Assembly: GCA_002311875.1 (NCBI GenBank)
Contig: DCAD01000029.1
Coordinates: forward strand, 35,597-99,596
Origin: Gemmatimonadales bacterium UBA1142
GTDB taxonomy: Bacteria; Gemmatimonadota; Gemmatimonadetes; Longimicrobiales; Gaopeijiaceae
Direction: 5' to 3'
Length of the DNA stretch: 64,000 nucleotides
Under the pieces are notes generated by a model. It saw only the letters and a program-made list of their open reading frames with translations. It ran no database searches and had not been told where the DNA came from. Below are positions 47,626-57,988 of the stretch, piece after piece. Numbering within the stretch: the stretch's first letter is position 1; each line of letters starts with the position of its first letter. The translations under genes were made by a program, and so were the position numbers.

Positions 47626-49629
47626 CTATCGGAGACCAGTACGTCTGCGGATCATCCACTCACCGCACAACAGCGTGATCACGAGCAAATACGGCCAAGG
47701 ATAGATACGTATCGGCCGCCCTGGGTTTTCATCACCAACCACCGTCACTACTGCAAGTGACTCTGGCGCTCCCGGCTCTTCGGACGGAGGGATCATCTCG
47801 CCGGTAATTGTCTCCACATCAAAACGTCCAGCTCCGATGAGTTCACCAGATGGCTTTCCGAAACTGTAGTGATACAATCCGGGGTCTAGGATACCTGATG
47901 AAGGACTCGTCCCTCCAACCATGACTGTGTCAATCAGCACTGAGTCACCCTTCAAGACGCGTAGATTCATGAGTGTCGAATCTCTCGGGACTATCCACGT
48001 CACGAGTTCCTTTCTCTGGAAAACCCATTTGCTCGGTCGAGGTTCACGAGCCGCCGGCTTCTCATCCGCAAATAACCATCCTGTGACCCCAGACCAGAGC
48101 CTTCGATAAGTGTCCTCACCCGACCCTTCGCGCGTCGCCCACCTCCAGAACCCTGACGCGAGCCCAAGTACCCTTCTGTGCGCACCACTATCGTCGAGAT
48201 GTAGCGCGGCCTCGGAAGAGCCTGTACCCCTCAGCTGTAGGTGCACGGGAGATTGGATTTCTTCCCTATTAATCGGGATCAGGAGGTCAGTGAGCGGGGG
48301 CAGCCCGAGAAGCGTTGTGCCTGCTAACTCCCCTGATAGCGGAGAGGGTGGCAAGTCACCTGACACATACCACTCACCACTTCGTGCGGGTTCAGTGTTC
48401 AAGCCTGCATTAGCGGCACCACTACTGTCGGCAGGCAGGAGAATCGCACGCGTACTCCTCTCTAAGAGGCCTAGAGCCCACGGATCAGAGTTTCTATCCA
48501 ACCCATGGAGCACCACCAGTCTCGCGCCATCTACTGCGCGCCGCACTCTGCTGGAATCCACCGGGCCAGATCGAGCTAAAGCCCTTCCGACCGAGATAAA
48601 CTTATCAGGACCTGCCCGGAGATAGCCCGTAGCTGGAAGCCCAGTCACATCGCCGAGCACGGACAACAGGTAACGCGGTTCCCAGTTGGGTCGAAGTGAA
48701 ACGAGCACGACCGCATTCTCTTCGTTACCCACAACCCCGTAGGCAACGGCTTCATTATCGGACGCGAATGCATCGCCATCTAAATGAAGGTGTGCGGTGT
48801 AACGGATACGGCCTTCAGCATTCGGAACGGGGATCGGCACTTCGAGTAGGTTCCTGAGCCCTACCTCAGGCAGCGCTACCTTGAGTGACACAACCTCAGC
48901 ACCTTCCACCCGGATCGTAAGGTCTACACTGTCAGCCCCTAATCCATGGATCTCTACCTCGCCAAGGATCATACCCCCGGTCTGGACTGCATCTTCTACT
49001 TTAAATGCCGAGATACCACCGTTCTTAAGGTCGGCCCCAAAACCTTCATACAAGACTTCTAGGGGCAACTGCTCCAGGGTTGCCTGCAAGGCCACCCGAT
49101 CCTCGAGTCTAAGGTCAGTCAGAACACGCACGGAGCGCGCCCCACCTTCAGCCGCACGTCTGAGAGCGGGGGCCAGTAAGGTATTCACATCCTGCGGGCG
49201 TGAGCCTAGGTCCGTGTCGCTGAAAGGGAGTGCATTCGCTACTTCACCGAAGGTGACGACTCTCCAGCCCTCCTCCATTAACTCATTTGAGCGCTCAATT
49301 GCTCCATCCCAAGCGGTCAGTCCATCCTCACCCGCCAACATGCTGAGTGAAGTATCCAAGAGGACCCAACGTTCGCCCATGGCCTTGGTGGAATCCCCTA
49401 CCGGGATCTGGAGATCGAATAAGAGCCCAAGGATAGTCACTAAAACGCTGGCACGTATTAAAGCCAGCCATCCCGAACCAGTGATGGAAAGTTCGACACG
49501 GCGGTATACCCAATAGGGATAAACAACCAATGCGCTGGCGAGCGCGGTGAACAGAATTGCTCGAATCACCTTGTGCGCAAGGCGGTTACCGTGCCCCTCC
49601 GTGCTTATCGTCCAGTGATTGCAACGCAT
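47626..49629 (-). CDS. Hypothetical membrane protein, BatA/vWA-like architecture
   Basis: N-terminal hairpin of two TM helices, then a MIDAS-like DxSxS (VLLDTSLSM), about 500 aa with no recognisable motif, and a C-terminal TM ending LLCGEWMIRRRTGLR. The ATG start overlaps the upstream M23 gene by 44 nt; GTG 49569 is an alternative. Confidence 0.5.
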   Translation of the reverse strand: MRCNHWTISTEGHGNRLAHKVIRAILFTALASALVVYPYWVYRRVELSITGSGWLALIRASVLVTILGLLFDLQIPVGDSTKAMGERWVLLDTSLSMLAGEDGLTAWDGAIERSNELMEEGWRVVTFGEVANALPFSDTDLGSRPQDVNTLLAPALRRAAEGGARSVRVLTDLRLEDRVALQATLEQLPLEVLYEGFGADLKNGGISAFKVEDAVQTGGMILGEVEIHGLGADSVDLTIRVEGAEVVSLKVALPEVGLRNLLEVPIPVPNAEGRIRYTAHLHLDGDAFASDNEAVAYGVVGNEENAVVLVSLRPNWEPRYLLSVLGDVTGLPATGYLRAGPDKFISVGRALARSGPVDSSRVRRAVDGARLVVLHGLDRNSDPWALGLLERSTRAILLPADSSGAANAGLNTEPARSGEWYVSGDLPPSPLSGELAGTTLLGLPPLTDLLIPINREEIQSPVHLQLRGTGSSEAALHLDDSGAHRRVLGLASGFWRWATREGSGEDTYRRLWSGVTGWLFADEKPAAREPRPSKWVFQRKELVTWIVPRDSTLMNLRVLKGDSVLIDTVMVGGTSPSSGILDPGLYHYSFGKPSGELIGAGRFDVETITGEMIPPSEEPGAPESLAVVTVVGDENPGRPIRIYPWPYLLVITLLCGEWMIRRRTGLR

Positions 49630-50953
49630 CCGCCCTTCTCACAGGTCCGGCGCCTGGTATCGACTCAAGTAGATCAACCCGGGTGATCATCTCCTCGCCC
49701 CACCTAACTTGGTCATCGGATGGTACGGGATCTCCCGCTGGTAGATCGACCGCCAGAGGATCCATATGCTCACCGTTGCGCTTCATCATCTCATAGTGCA
49801 AGTGGCTCCCCGTCGCCTGGCCACTCATGCCGACGTAGCCGATGATCTCGCTCTGCTTGACACGAGTTCCAAGTTGGACGTCTGACCTGAAGCGGCTCAA
49901 ATGGGCGTATCGCGTTACGAAACCGTTGGGATGCTGGATCTCTACCGTATTGCCAAAGGTTCCCTTCCACGCGCGATGAATGACGACACCATCAGAAGTT
50001 GCCATAATCTCTGCTCCGACATCGGCCGCATAGTCAACTCCACGGTGGGCACGCCAAGTCCCTAAGATCGGGTGTAAGCGGGAGTTTGAGTAACGAGAGG
50101 AGATGCGTCGATACGCCAACGGTTTAAGTAGGAAAGCCCGACGAACTGAGTTGCCTTCCAGATCAAAGTATGATCCTTCTCCATCATCATTTGGATCGAA
50201 CCAGATTGCATGGTACGGTGTCCCCGAATTCATTAACTCAGCGGAAAGCAGGCGCCCGGTGCGCATTGATCCGTCGGGGCGCACCTCCCTTTCAAAGGCG
50301 AACCGATAAGTGTCACCCACTCGGATCTGGCGGGAGAAATCGACCTGCCATTGGAACACTTGGTCAAGTTCGTCGATCAGGGAGTTGCGGTCTTCAAACG
50401 GAACATCCTCTAGGTCCTCGTTGTTAATAATCGCACTCCAGAGAACCGTTTCGATCTCACCGGAAGCCAGGAGCGTATCCACATAGATTGGTGCACGGAT
50501 CAGGTCGGAGTGCCACCCAAACTCGTTGCGTGTGAGCCTCACTGTCTCATCCGGGCTTACCACTACATCGAGACCTCGTAGCCACTGATCGGCCCTGAGG
50601 TAACGGAATACTACTTCAGTACCGGCCCGCATCCTTCGCGGATTCGCGTATTCTCGAAAAGCAAGTAGGAGAGCCGCCTGATCGTTCGCTGATACGATAC
50701 CCCCTAGAAGAAGGCCTAGTGTCTGGCCCTGTCCAAGAGAGAGCACCTGCAATTCTTCAGAAGAGTTTGCATACACAGCATCGAGAGTGCCCGCATCGGG
50801 AGTAGTGTCAAGAGCGCAAGACACGGTCAAGACAGTACAAACCGTCACTGCCATCCAGAGTTTAGTTATTAGTCGCTCCCAAACCACCGAATTGTCCCTC
50901 GGTCGATGAGTTGACCTCCCGGTAGAGATTTCCACCGGGCAGCGCTCCACCAC
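49586..50953 (-). CDS. M23/LytM-family metallopeptidase
   Basis: HRGVDYAA, TFGNTVEIQHPNGFVTRYAHLS, GMSGQATGSHLHYEM. Alternative start at ATG 50854 gives a lipoprotein-like signal (MAVTVCTVLTVSC). Confidence 0.88.
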   Translation of the reverse strand: MVERCPVEISTGRSTHRPRDNSVVWERLITKLWMAVTVCTVLTVSCALDTTPDAGTLDAVYANSSEELQVLSLGQGQTLGLLLGGIVSANDQAALLLAFREYANPRRMRAGTEVVFRYLRADQWLRGLDVVVSPDETVRLTRNEFGWHSDLIRAPIYVDTLLASGEIETVLWSAIINNEDLEDVPFEDRNSLIDELDQVFQWQVDFSRQIRVGDTYRFAFEREVRPDGSMRTGRLLSAELMNSGTPYHAIWFDPNDDGEGSYFDLEGNSVRRAFLLKPLAYRRISSRYSNSRLHPILGTWRAHRGVDYAADVGAEIMATSDGVVIHRAWKGTFGNTVEIQHPNGFVTRYAHLSRFRSDVQLGTRVKQSEIIGYVGMSGQATGSHLHYEMMKRNGEHMDPLAVDLPAGDPVPSDDQVRWGEEMITRVDLLESIPGAGPVRRADALQSLDDKHGGAR

Positions 50954-51012
50954 ACTGGTTTTCTCAACAATCTAACGAATCAACACGAACCATAGTCGAC
51001 CCGAGGTGCTTG

Positions 51013-52224
51013 TCAGTCCATCTGCCGACGAATAAAGGTCGGAATATCCAACTCCAAGAGCTGAGTGCTTGAGACCATCCGCTCGGGGAATCTGTTAAAG
51101 GGGAGAACCTCCTCAGACCCACCGACAGCGGCACCCACCATAGCCTCATCTTCTTGCTCTATCTGAACCTGCAGCTCCGGAAACATCGGCCCTGGATCCT
51201 GTATCACTTTTGACTGAGGTCGGGAGCGCTGAAAAGTGCTGGGAATCACTTTTTCATCCGCTACCGAATCAAAGCCAGTCGCGATCACAGTAACCCGGAT
51301 CTTGCCTTCGAGATCCGGATCATGGACAGCGCCGAAAATGATTTCGGCTTCATCTCCCGCCCCTTCCTGGATGATTGAGGAGATCTCTGTGACCTCGTCA
51401 ATCGCGAGGTCGAGACCTCCAGTGATATTGATCAGGACACCACGTGCACCGGCGATGGACACTTCATCAAGGAGTGGTGAAGAGATTGCTTCCTGAGCTG
51501 CTTCCTGTGCACGATTCTCACCTTCACCAAAACCTGAACCCATAAGTGCAGGTCCCCTAGAAGCCATGACGGTCCGAACATCAGCAAAGTCCACATTGAT
51601 CTCACCTGTTACGCTGATCAAATCGCTGATGCCCTGGGTCGCGTGCAGAAGAATTTCATCTGCTTTCTTGAGCGCATCCCGGAAGGAGGTGCCCTTTGGT
51701 ACCACAGCAAGAAGGCGATCGTTGGGAACCACAATCATCGTGTCGACACATCTTCGAAGTTCTGCAAGCCCTTGGTCGGCCTGACGTTCACGTTTCTTCC
51801 CCTCGAAAGAGAACGGCCTAGTGATGATCCCGATCGTGAGTGCGCCCATATCGCGCGCAATCTCAGCCACCATCGGGGCCGCGCCCGTCCCGGTACCACC
51901 ACCCATGCCCGCCGTGACGAACACTAAGTCAGCTCCCTCTAGTGCACGGCGGACGTCTTCCTCATTCTCTGCAAGCGCCTGACGACCAACCTCCGGTCGA
52001 GCTCCAGCACCCAGTCCGCGAGTTAACTTCTTGCCTATCTGCAATGTTACCTGTGCACGTGAACTCTTGAGGGCCTGGGAGTCGGTGTTGATAGAAATGA
52101 ACTCGACCCCTTCCAGCTCTTCATCGATCATTCGATTTACTGCGTTTCCGCCGGCGCCACCGATCCCAACTACCTTCATCTTGGCTTTCTGGAGTGGAGT
52201 TTCCTCAAACTCGAAGATCATCAT
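51013..52224 (-). CDS. ftsZ: Cell division GTPase FtsZ
   Basis: [11 protein letters not shown], tubulin signature [11 protein letters not shown]-terminal peptide DIPTFIRRQ. Confidence 0.97.
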   Translation of the reverse strand: MMIFEFEETPLQKAKMKVVGIGGAGGNAVNRMIDEELEGVEFISINTDSQALKSSRAQVTLQIGKKLTRGLGAGARPEVGRQALAENEEDVRRALEGADLVFVTAGMGGGTGTGAAPMVAEIARDMGALTIGIITRPFSFEGKKRERQADQGLAELRRCVDTMIVVPNDRLLAVVPKGTSFRDALKKADEILLHATQGISDLISVTGEINVDFADVRTVMASRGPALMGSGFGEGENRAQEAAQEAISSPLLDEVSIAGARGVLINITGGLDLAIDEVTEISSIIQEGAGDEAEIIFGAVHDPDLEGKIRVTVIATGFDSVADEKVIPSTFQRSRPQSKVIQDPGPMFPELQVQIEQEDEAMVGAAVGGSEEVLPFNRFPERMVSSTQLLELDIPTFIRRQMD

Positions 52225-52291
52225 TTCTCTTCCTCGGCGAAGTGATTTGAATGCAAATAAATGGGTTGATTAACGCCCGTCAGAGGCGCCA

Positions 52292-53521
52292 TTAGAAGAA
52301 CTCCTTGAGCCATGTACCGAGCTTAGTAAACATCCCGGATGTTATGGTTGATGCACCGCGGCCAGTTTCCATGAACCGGTCTGCCCCCCAGAGTGCGAGC
52401 CCCGTGGCAATCGCGAACTGTGGCCGCTGAACGGATTCAGCCAGACCACTGAGACCCTCATTCGGGACGCCTAGGCGTACTGGTGAGGCAAAGATCTGTT
52501 GAGCAAGCTCTATAATCCCTGGGATCGCAACCGTCCCACCTGTCAGAACGACACCAGCCCCTAACTGATCGAGTAGGCCGTGATCCTGTAGCTCCCCTTG
52601 GACGAGTCCGAACATCTCGTCGAGCCGCTGCTCTATGATGTGCGCGATTAGTTCCCGGGCAACTGCTCGCTTCTGGCCCGGTGAGGGTCCAGACATCTCA
52701 ACTGTCTCCCGGGGATCGACGAGCTGGGCAAAGGCTGTCCCATAGTGCTCCTTGGCCTTCTGCGCTTCCGCATAAGGCACGGATAGCCCCCGAACTAAGT
52801 CAGCCGTTAGTGTCTGGCCTCCGAATGGCAGAATCGCAACATGCTGTATCTTACCTTCAAAGTAAGCAGCGACATCCGTTGTTGATGCACCTATCTTTAC
52901 CAGGGCAACACCAACCTCCTTTTCGTCCTCAGTCAATACAGCTCTCGCCCCCGCAAGCGGCTCAAGGACTAATTCCTGGACACGGTATCCTGCCCAGTTC
53001 ACAGCTTTACGTATATTCGCTGACGCACTGATAGCGCAGGTCACCAGGAAGACCTCAGCCTCCAGTCGGATACCAGCCATGCCTATCGGGTCACTGATGC
53101 CGCGTTGATTGTCCACGCGGTATTCCTGAGGGACTGCATGTAGCATCTCTCTATCTGGTGGAAGAGCAACGGCCCGGGCAACGACATGCACCCGTTCTAC
53201 GTCATCCATCGCGACTTCGTCTTCGGAGATCGCGACAACCCCCATGGAACTCGTAGCTCTCACGTGGTCTCCACCCATGCCAGCATAGACCCGGTCGACC
53301 GACACACCGGCCATCAGTTCTGCTTCCTTGAGCGAGGATCGGACTGATTCCGTTATCTCTTCGATATTAGTCACTATATCACCGCGAACCCCAGCGGTTC
53401 TCGCTTGGCCAACTCCTAGAACGGTGAGACCGGGGCGCCTAGGGTCACCGATGATCTCGCCGATTACGGCGCAAGTCTTGGATGTTCCGATGTCTAGACC
53501 GGCTATGAGGTTCGAGCGCAT
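52292..53521 (-). CDS. ftsA: Cell division protein FtsA
   Basis: Actin-fold motifs GLDIGTSKT, LTGGTVAIPG. Position between ftsQ and ftsZ. Confidence 0.93.
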   Translation of the reverse strand: MRSNLIAGLDIGTSKTCAVIGEIIGDPRRPGLTVLGVGQARTAGVRGDIVTNIEEITESVRSSLKEAELMAGVSVDRVYAGMGGDHVRATSSMGVVAISEDEVAMDDVERVHVVARAVALPPDREMLHAVPQEYRVDNQRGISDPIGMAGIRLEAEVFLVTCAISASANIRKAVNWAGYRVQELVLEPLAGARAVLTEDEKEVGVALVKIGASTTDVAAYFEGKIQHVAILPFGGQTLTADLVRGLSVPYAEAQKAKEHYGTAFAQLVDPRETVEMSGPSPGQKRAVARELIAHIIEQRLDEMFGLVQGELQDHGLLDQLGAGVVLTGGTVAIPGIIELAQQIFASPVRLGVPNEGLSGLAESVQRPQFAIATGLALWGADRFMETGRGASTITSGMFTKLGTWLKEFF

Positions 53522-53523
53522 CC

Positions 53524-54267
53524 TCAGTTTCCGTTTGCACGGCGGACTACAACCAAGTCCGCGAATCTTAAGTCGACTGATTCGGGCACATCGCCCGGTG
53601 TTCGAGTCATCGCATGCCCGAGCACTACAAAGCCTTCCTGAAGCCGCTCAGGTGATAAGCCAAAGGGGAGCAGAAAATCCACACTGGGCTCTGACCATCG
53701 GGCAACCAGGCTGTTGCCTTCTCCCCAGCGCACTTCCGATAGCATCTGGAGAAAAGCCGTATCAGCTCTCATCAACCTGTCGACCTCACCAGCTAACACA
53801 CGAGTGCGCTGGGGCATGATTCTCCCACGGTCTATGGGAGAATCATCAGTTTCCAGGATCGGCAAATCAAGCCGGTGCGAAGCTGGATCAAGGGGGAGCA
53901 GGATCCCGTCCCCGTCCACCGGCTCCAGTGTCGGTGTTGCCACCAATGCAACAGGTTGCCGCTCCAAAAGAGACACGATAATCGTGTGAGGTAACCGACG
54001 AATGACGGTGGCAGAACGGACTAAGTGTAGCTCCCCCAGCGCTTCGACCCATGTTTCAGTGTCACTCCACACGGAGGTCTCTGGCGTAAGCTCCATGGCT
54101 TGGAGTACGGTTTCGCGAGTGAGGTAGCGCAGCCCATGGATATCGATATCCACTTCATGAACTCTGAACACTTCCATTCTGCTCACAGCCACCGAGAGTT
54201 CCCCGCCCCAAGCCCAGGTTACCCCAAGGAGGGCAGTGACCAGAAGAACGCGGAGCTCTCTACGCAT
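53524..54267 (-). CDS. ftsQ: Cell division protein FtsQ (POTRA domain)
   Basis: N-terminal TM followed by a POTRA-like region. Call based mainly on synteny (murC-ftsQ-ftsA-ftsZ). Confidence 0.75.
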   Translation of the reverse strand: MRRELRVLLVTALLGVTWAWGGELSVAVSRMEVFRVHEVDIDIHGLRYLTRETVLQAMELTPETSVWSDTETWVEALGELHLVRSATVIRRLPHTIIVSLLERQPVALVATPTLEPVDGDGILLPLDPASHRLDLPILETDDSPIDRGRIMPQRTRVLAGEVDRLMRADTAFLQMLSEVRWGEGNSLVARWSEPSVDFLLPFGLSPERLQEGFVVLGHAMTRTPGDVPESVDLRFADLVVVRRANGN

Positions 54268-55690
54268 GAACTCGCTCCCCTAGCTGGTTGAGAACCTGAG
54301 TTCCGACAGTCTCAATGGAGCCGGCGCCCAGGGTCATGAGGACATCGCCTGCACGCAGTTCTTCGGCAAGTAAGTCGGGAAGATCATCAAGTGCCGCAAC
54401 GTAGCGGGTATGTTCACCACCAGCTTTTCCCACAGCCTCAACCACGGTTCTCCCCGTGATTCCAGGGATGGGACGCTCTCGAGCCGGAAACACGTCCGTA
54501 ACCCAAACTGAGTCTGCCCCAGCTAGCGCTGCCCCAAAATCTTCAGCAAAGTCTCGAGTACGAGAAAAGAGATGGGGTTGGAAGGCCGCTACAAGCCGAG
54601 CCGATGGATACATCCCCCGAGCTGTATCCAGGGCAGCCCGGATCTCAGTGGGGTGGTGGGCGTAGTCGTCAAGCACAACGACCCCGCACTTTTCTCCTAA
54701 GCGCTCCAGGCGCCGACCTACACCCTGAAAGCCCGATAAAGCCCCAAAGATTATCGGCCATGGTGTCTCGAGAGCACGAGCCACGGCAGCTGCGCCGAGC
54801 GCGTTGCGGAGATTGTGTACGCCACCCATTGAGAGTGAGAGTTGTCCAACTAGCGTACCCTCTTCAATGACTAAGCAGTTGGTAGAAGCCTTGGTAACAC
54901 TCACATCCGTCGCGCGCAGCATGGACCCCGCTGTCGTACCATAGGAGTAACCTGCGGCCCCAAGTTTCGTGAGAAGGGAAGCAGATCCCTGGTCGTCAGC
55001 ACAGGCAATGACCTTACCCGGAGACCTCAAGTTGTCTAGGAATTCGACAAATCCAGTCCGCACACCCTGGTAGTCACCATAGACATCCAAGTGGTCAGCT
55101 TCAACGTTAGTCACAACTGCGATGTCAGGCTCCAGCGTATGGAATGAGCGGTCATATTCGTCTGCTTCGACCACAAAAAGGTGATCTGATCCGCGGTGGA
55201 GGTTCCCAGCCCAACCACGAACACGACCACCTACGAGCCCGGTTGGGTCAAGTCCTCCTTGAGCTAGGATCTCGGTAGCCATCGCAGTCGTGGTTGTCTT
55301 ACCATGGGTGCCAGAGATCGCAACAACCTTTCCCTGATTCACCCATGCTCCAAGAGCTTCTGCACGCTTTAGCACTGGAATACCAAGGTCTCGTGCGGCG
55401 ACAAGTTCCGGGTGATCGCACGGTACTGCTGAAGTCACCACTAATGCGGAAGCATTAACGACGTGCCCGGAGTCGTGACCCATCGAAAACCGTACACCGA
55501 GTGCACCCAGATCTTGAATTGACTGAGAATGTTTTAGATCACAGCCCGTGATAGATCCTCCGCAGCTTAAGAGAAGCTCGGCAAGCGCACACATCCCTGC
55601 ACCACCCACCCCCATGAAATGCACTGAACCCTCAGCAGCTAGAGCCCTAAGATCCGGAACAGGGGGACGACTAGTGGTGCGCGCCTTCAT
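54260..55690 (-). CDS. murC: UDP-N-acetylmuramate--L-alanine ligase
   Basis: HFMGVGGAGM, ISGTHGKTTTT, DDYAHHP. Confidence 0.94.
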   Translation of the reverse strand: MKARTTSRPPVPDLRALAAEGSVHFMGVGGAGMCALAELLLSCGGSITGCDLKHSQSIQDLGALGVRFSMGHDSGHVVNASALVVTSAVPCDHPELVAARDLGIPVLKRAEALGAWVNQGKVVAISGTHGKTTTTAMATEILAQGGLDPTGLVGGRVRGWAGNLHRGSDHLFVVEADEYDRSFHTLEPDIAVVTNVEADHLDVYGDYQGVRTGFVEFLDNLRSPGKVIACADDQGSASLLTKLGAAGYSYGTTAGSMLRATDVSVTKASTNCLVIEEGTLVGQLSLSMGGVHNLRNALGAAAVARALETPWPIIFGALSGFQGVGRRLERLGEKCGVVVLDDYAHHPTEIRAALDTARGMYPSARLVAAFQPHLFSRTRDFAEDFGAALAGADSVWVTDVFPARERPIPGITGRTVVEAVGKAGGEHTRYVAALDDLPDLLAEELRAGDVLMTLGAGSIETVGTQVLNQLGERVHA

Positions 55691-56817
55691 GAGGCTAGCA
55701 ACCTCTCTACCGAGGCAGCGATCTGATCCGCGGCCCTGGGCCGGGCAAGCGAAGTTGCGGCCATACCCATGCGTTCCAGAGATTTTGGGTCTCCTGAGAG
55801 CTGATTAAGCTCGGCCCATAGGATCTCTCCCGTAAGCCCTGCTTGTGGAGTGAGCAGAGCTGCACCGGCTTCAGCCAGAGCCCGCGCATTATGGGTCTGG
55901 TGGTCGGCAGCCGCGTTAGGAAAAGGAACCAGAATCGCGGGTAGGCCCTGGTTCAAGAGTTCAGCCGTGAACATCGCCCCCGCCCTGCTTACCGTGAGGT
56001 CGGCAGCGGCCAATGCATCCGGCATGTTGTCAAAATACGGGTGTGAATGTACCCAATCTGGAGACCCGAGATCTGCCAGGGCACTGTTCACCCGCTGGTG
56101 GTGCCTCGGGCCCGTTGACCACAAAATATGCAGGTGATCCGGTCGATTCACACGATGGGCCACGACAGCATCCAATGCTGCGAGAAGAAGATTGTTCAAA
56201 GCTTCCGATCCCTGGCTCCCTCCTACAATGAGTGCGACAACAGCCTCCTCCGGTAGTTGGAACAATTCCCTCACCTGCGAACGCCCATGTACTGAGGTTG
56301 CACGCACGGGGTTTCCGGTGAGACAAACCTTATTCCTCACCCCACGAGGCAGCCGGTCAGCAACCCCGCTGAACGCCGTATGGATCTTCTTTGCCCAGCG
56401 GCTAAGCGCTCGAGTAACTATGCCTGGTGCAGCGTTTTGCTCCTGGATGAGCAGTGGGACTCCAGTCAGAGCAGCCACAACACCAGCGGGTGCGCAGGCG
56501 TAACCACCGGTCACCACGACGGCTCTCGGCCGCAAGCGACGCATCACCCTAGCCGCCTGCAGGAGGGAACCAGCCAGTGCAGGGACCGCTCGCCAAAATG
56601 CCCCTCGCTGCCCTCTGTCCAAGCCACGAACGGGTAAGAGAAAGTGTTCTTCCCCCAATTCTGGTAGAACACGTGACTCGATACCGCGAGTAGCTCCCAT
56701 GAATACGACTCGGACGTCTGGGCGGCGGCGGCGCAACGCATCCGCAATCGCAAGAGCAGGATAAAGGTGCCCGCCCGTCCCACCACCAGCGAAGACAACC
56801 ACCGGGCCCTCATGCAC
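55687..56817 (-). CDS. murG: Lipid II-forming N-acetylglucosaminyltransferase MurG
   Basis: AGGGTGGHLYPALA, SRAGAMFTAEL. Confidence 0.94.
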   Translation of the reverse strand: MHEGPVVVFAGGGTGGHLYPALAIADALRRRRPDVRVVFMGATRGIESRVLPELGEEHFLLPVRGLDRGQRGAFWRAVPALAGSLLQAARVMRRLRPRAVVVTGGYACAPAGVVAALTGVPLLIQEQNAAPGIVTRALSRWAKKIHTAFSGVADRLPRGVRNKVCLTGNPVRATSVHGRSQVRELFQLPEEAVVALIVGGSQGSEALNNLLLAALDAVVAHRVNRPDHLHILWSTGPRHHQRVNSALADLGSPDWVHSHPYFDNMPDALAAADLTVSRAGAMFTAELLNQGLPAILVPFPNAAADHQTHNARALAEAGAALLTPQAGLTGEILWAELNQLSGDPKSLERMGMAATSLARPRAADQIAASVERLLAS

Positions 56818-57988
56818 GGGCTGCCTTTACACCCGGAGCCACCCGGGCCACCGACATCAAGATTCCAAGCGACGCGAGTGTCACTATCAAATTAGAGCGG
56901 CCGTAAGAAATAAGCGGGAGCGCAAGCCCAGTCGTCGGCAGTAGGCTGAGCCCAACCGCCATGTGGAGCAAAGCTTGCAGAGCGATCAGACTCGTGAAAC
57001 CCAGTGCGATCAGTTCCCCAAATAGATCGGGGGCACGGCTAGCGATACGGAAACCAACCAACACAAGGGCCACGTACATCATCAGTAGAATCAGGACACC
57101 GATGAGTCCCCACTGCTCACCGATCATCGAGAAAATGAAATCGTTGTGCGCCTCTGGCAGAAAACCGAACTTTTGACGCCCTTGACCAATCCCGACACCG
57201 GTAATCCCTCCAGAACCCATCGTAATAAGAGATTGGTAGGCCTGAAAGCCGGCCCCTGTGGGATCAGAAGCGGGATTGGCCCAAGCCAGTAATCGCTGTG
57301 CCCTGAAGCCAACTCCAACAAGTTGCCAGTAGACGATCGGGGCTAAAAGCAGTCCTAAGAAAGCAAAATGGCTAATGCGGGCACCAGCAGAGAATACGAT
57401 TAGCAGGCCAAGTAGACTGATTAGCAACGCAGTCGAAAAGTCAGGTTCCAGAGCGATAGGCAGGACCAGCAGCGCCCAAACAACAAGAAATGGTGCCAAA
57501 CCTCGGCGGAGCGATCGGAACTGGGACACTTTCTTCACCGCCATTCCGGCAGTCCACACCACAATCGCTATTTTTGCGAACTCTGAAGGCTGCACGGTGA
57601 TGCCGATCCGGAGCCATCGCCGTGAACCGTTGATTGATGGCGCAATTGATTCCGTCCAAGGAAGTATTAGGAGCACAAGGGATCCAATACTGATTAATAG
57701 CAGCGGCCAAGACAGTCGGGACCACACCGAGTAGGGTAGACACGCACAGCCGAACATCACTACCACACCAATTACGACTCCGGTTCCTTGGCGAAGCACG
57801 TAATAGGTGTCTGCTAACTCTTGTTCCATCGCCAAGATGGAAGAGGCGTTGTACAGGCTCACAAGACCGAAGACGAGCAGAAACGCAGTGAGCACGATGA
57901 CAGCCGAGGACTCCCAGCCACGCCCTAGGCCCGAATCGGGGAAACGGACCGGGCCAGCCGGAGCTATATCTACCGGGCGGGCCGTCAT
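56810..57988 (-). CDS. ftsW: SEDS-family peptidoglycan polymerase FtsW
   Basis: About 10 TM helices, VQPSEFAKIAIV, PEAHNDFIFS. I start it at ATG 57988 (ATGA overlap with the murD stop) rather than at the ORF-track 58000. Confidence 0.9.
   Translation of the reverse strand: MTARPVDIAPAGPVRFPDSGLGRGWESSAVIVLTAFLLVFGLVSLYNASSILAMEQELADTYYVLRQGTGVVIGVVVMFGCACLPYSVWSRLSWPLLLISIGSLVLLILPWTESIAPSINGSRRWLRIGITVQPSEFAKIAIVVWTAGMAVKKVSQFRSLRRGLAPFLVVWALLVLPIALEPDFSTALLISLLGLLIVFSAGARISHFAFLGLLLAPIVYWQLVGVGFRAQRLLAWANPASDPTGAGFQAYQSLITMGSGGITGVGIGQGRQKFGFLPEAHNDFIFSMIGEQWGLIGVLILLMMYVALVLVGFRIASRAPDLFGELIALGFTSLIALQALLHMAVGLSLLPTTGLALPLISYGRSNLIVTLASLGILMSVARVAPGVKAARA

Noticed and set aside
48881-49516. 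211-aa plus-strand ORF (also 48110..48625, 171 aa) inside the vWA-like gene
   Set aside because: It is antisense to the longer 667-aa ORF, which has coherent membrane topology. The composition is Ser/Arg/Pro-rich. Because the sense gene itself is uncharacterised, this rejection is less certain than the others.
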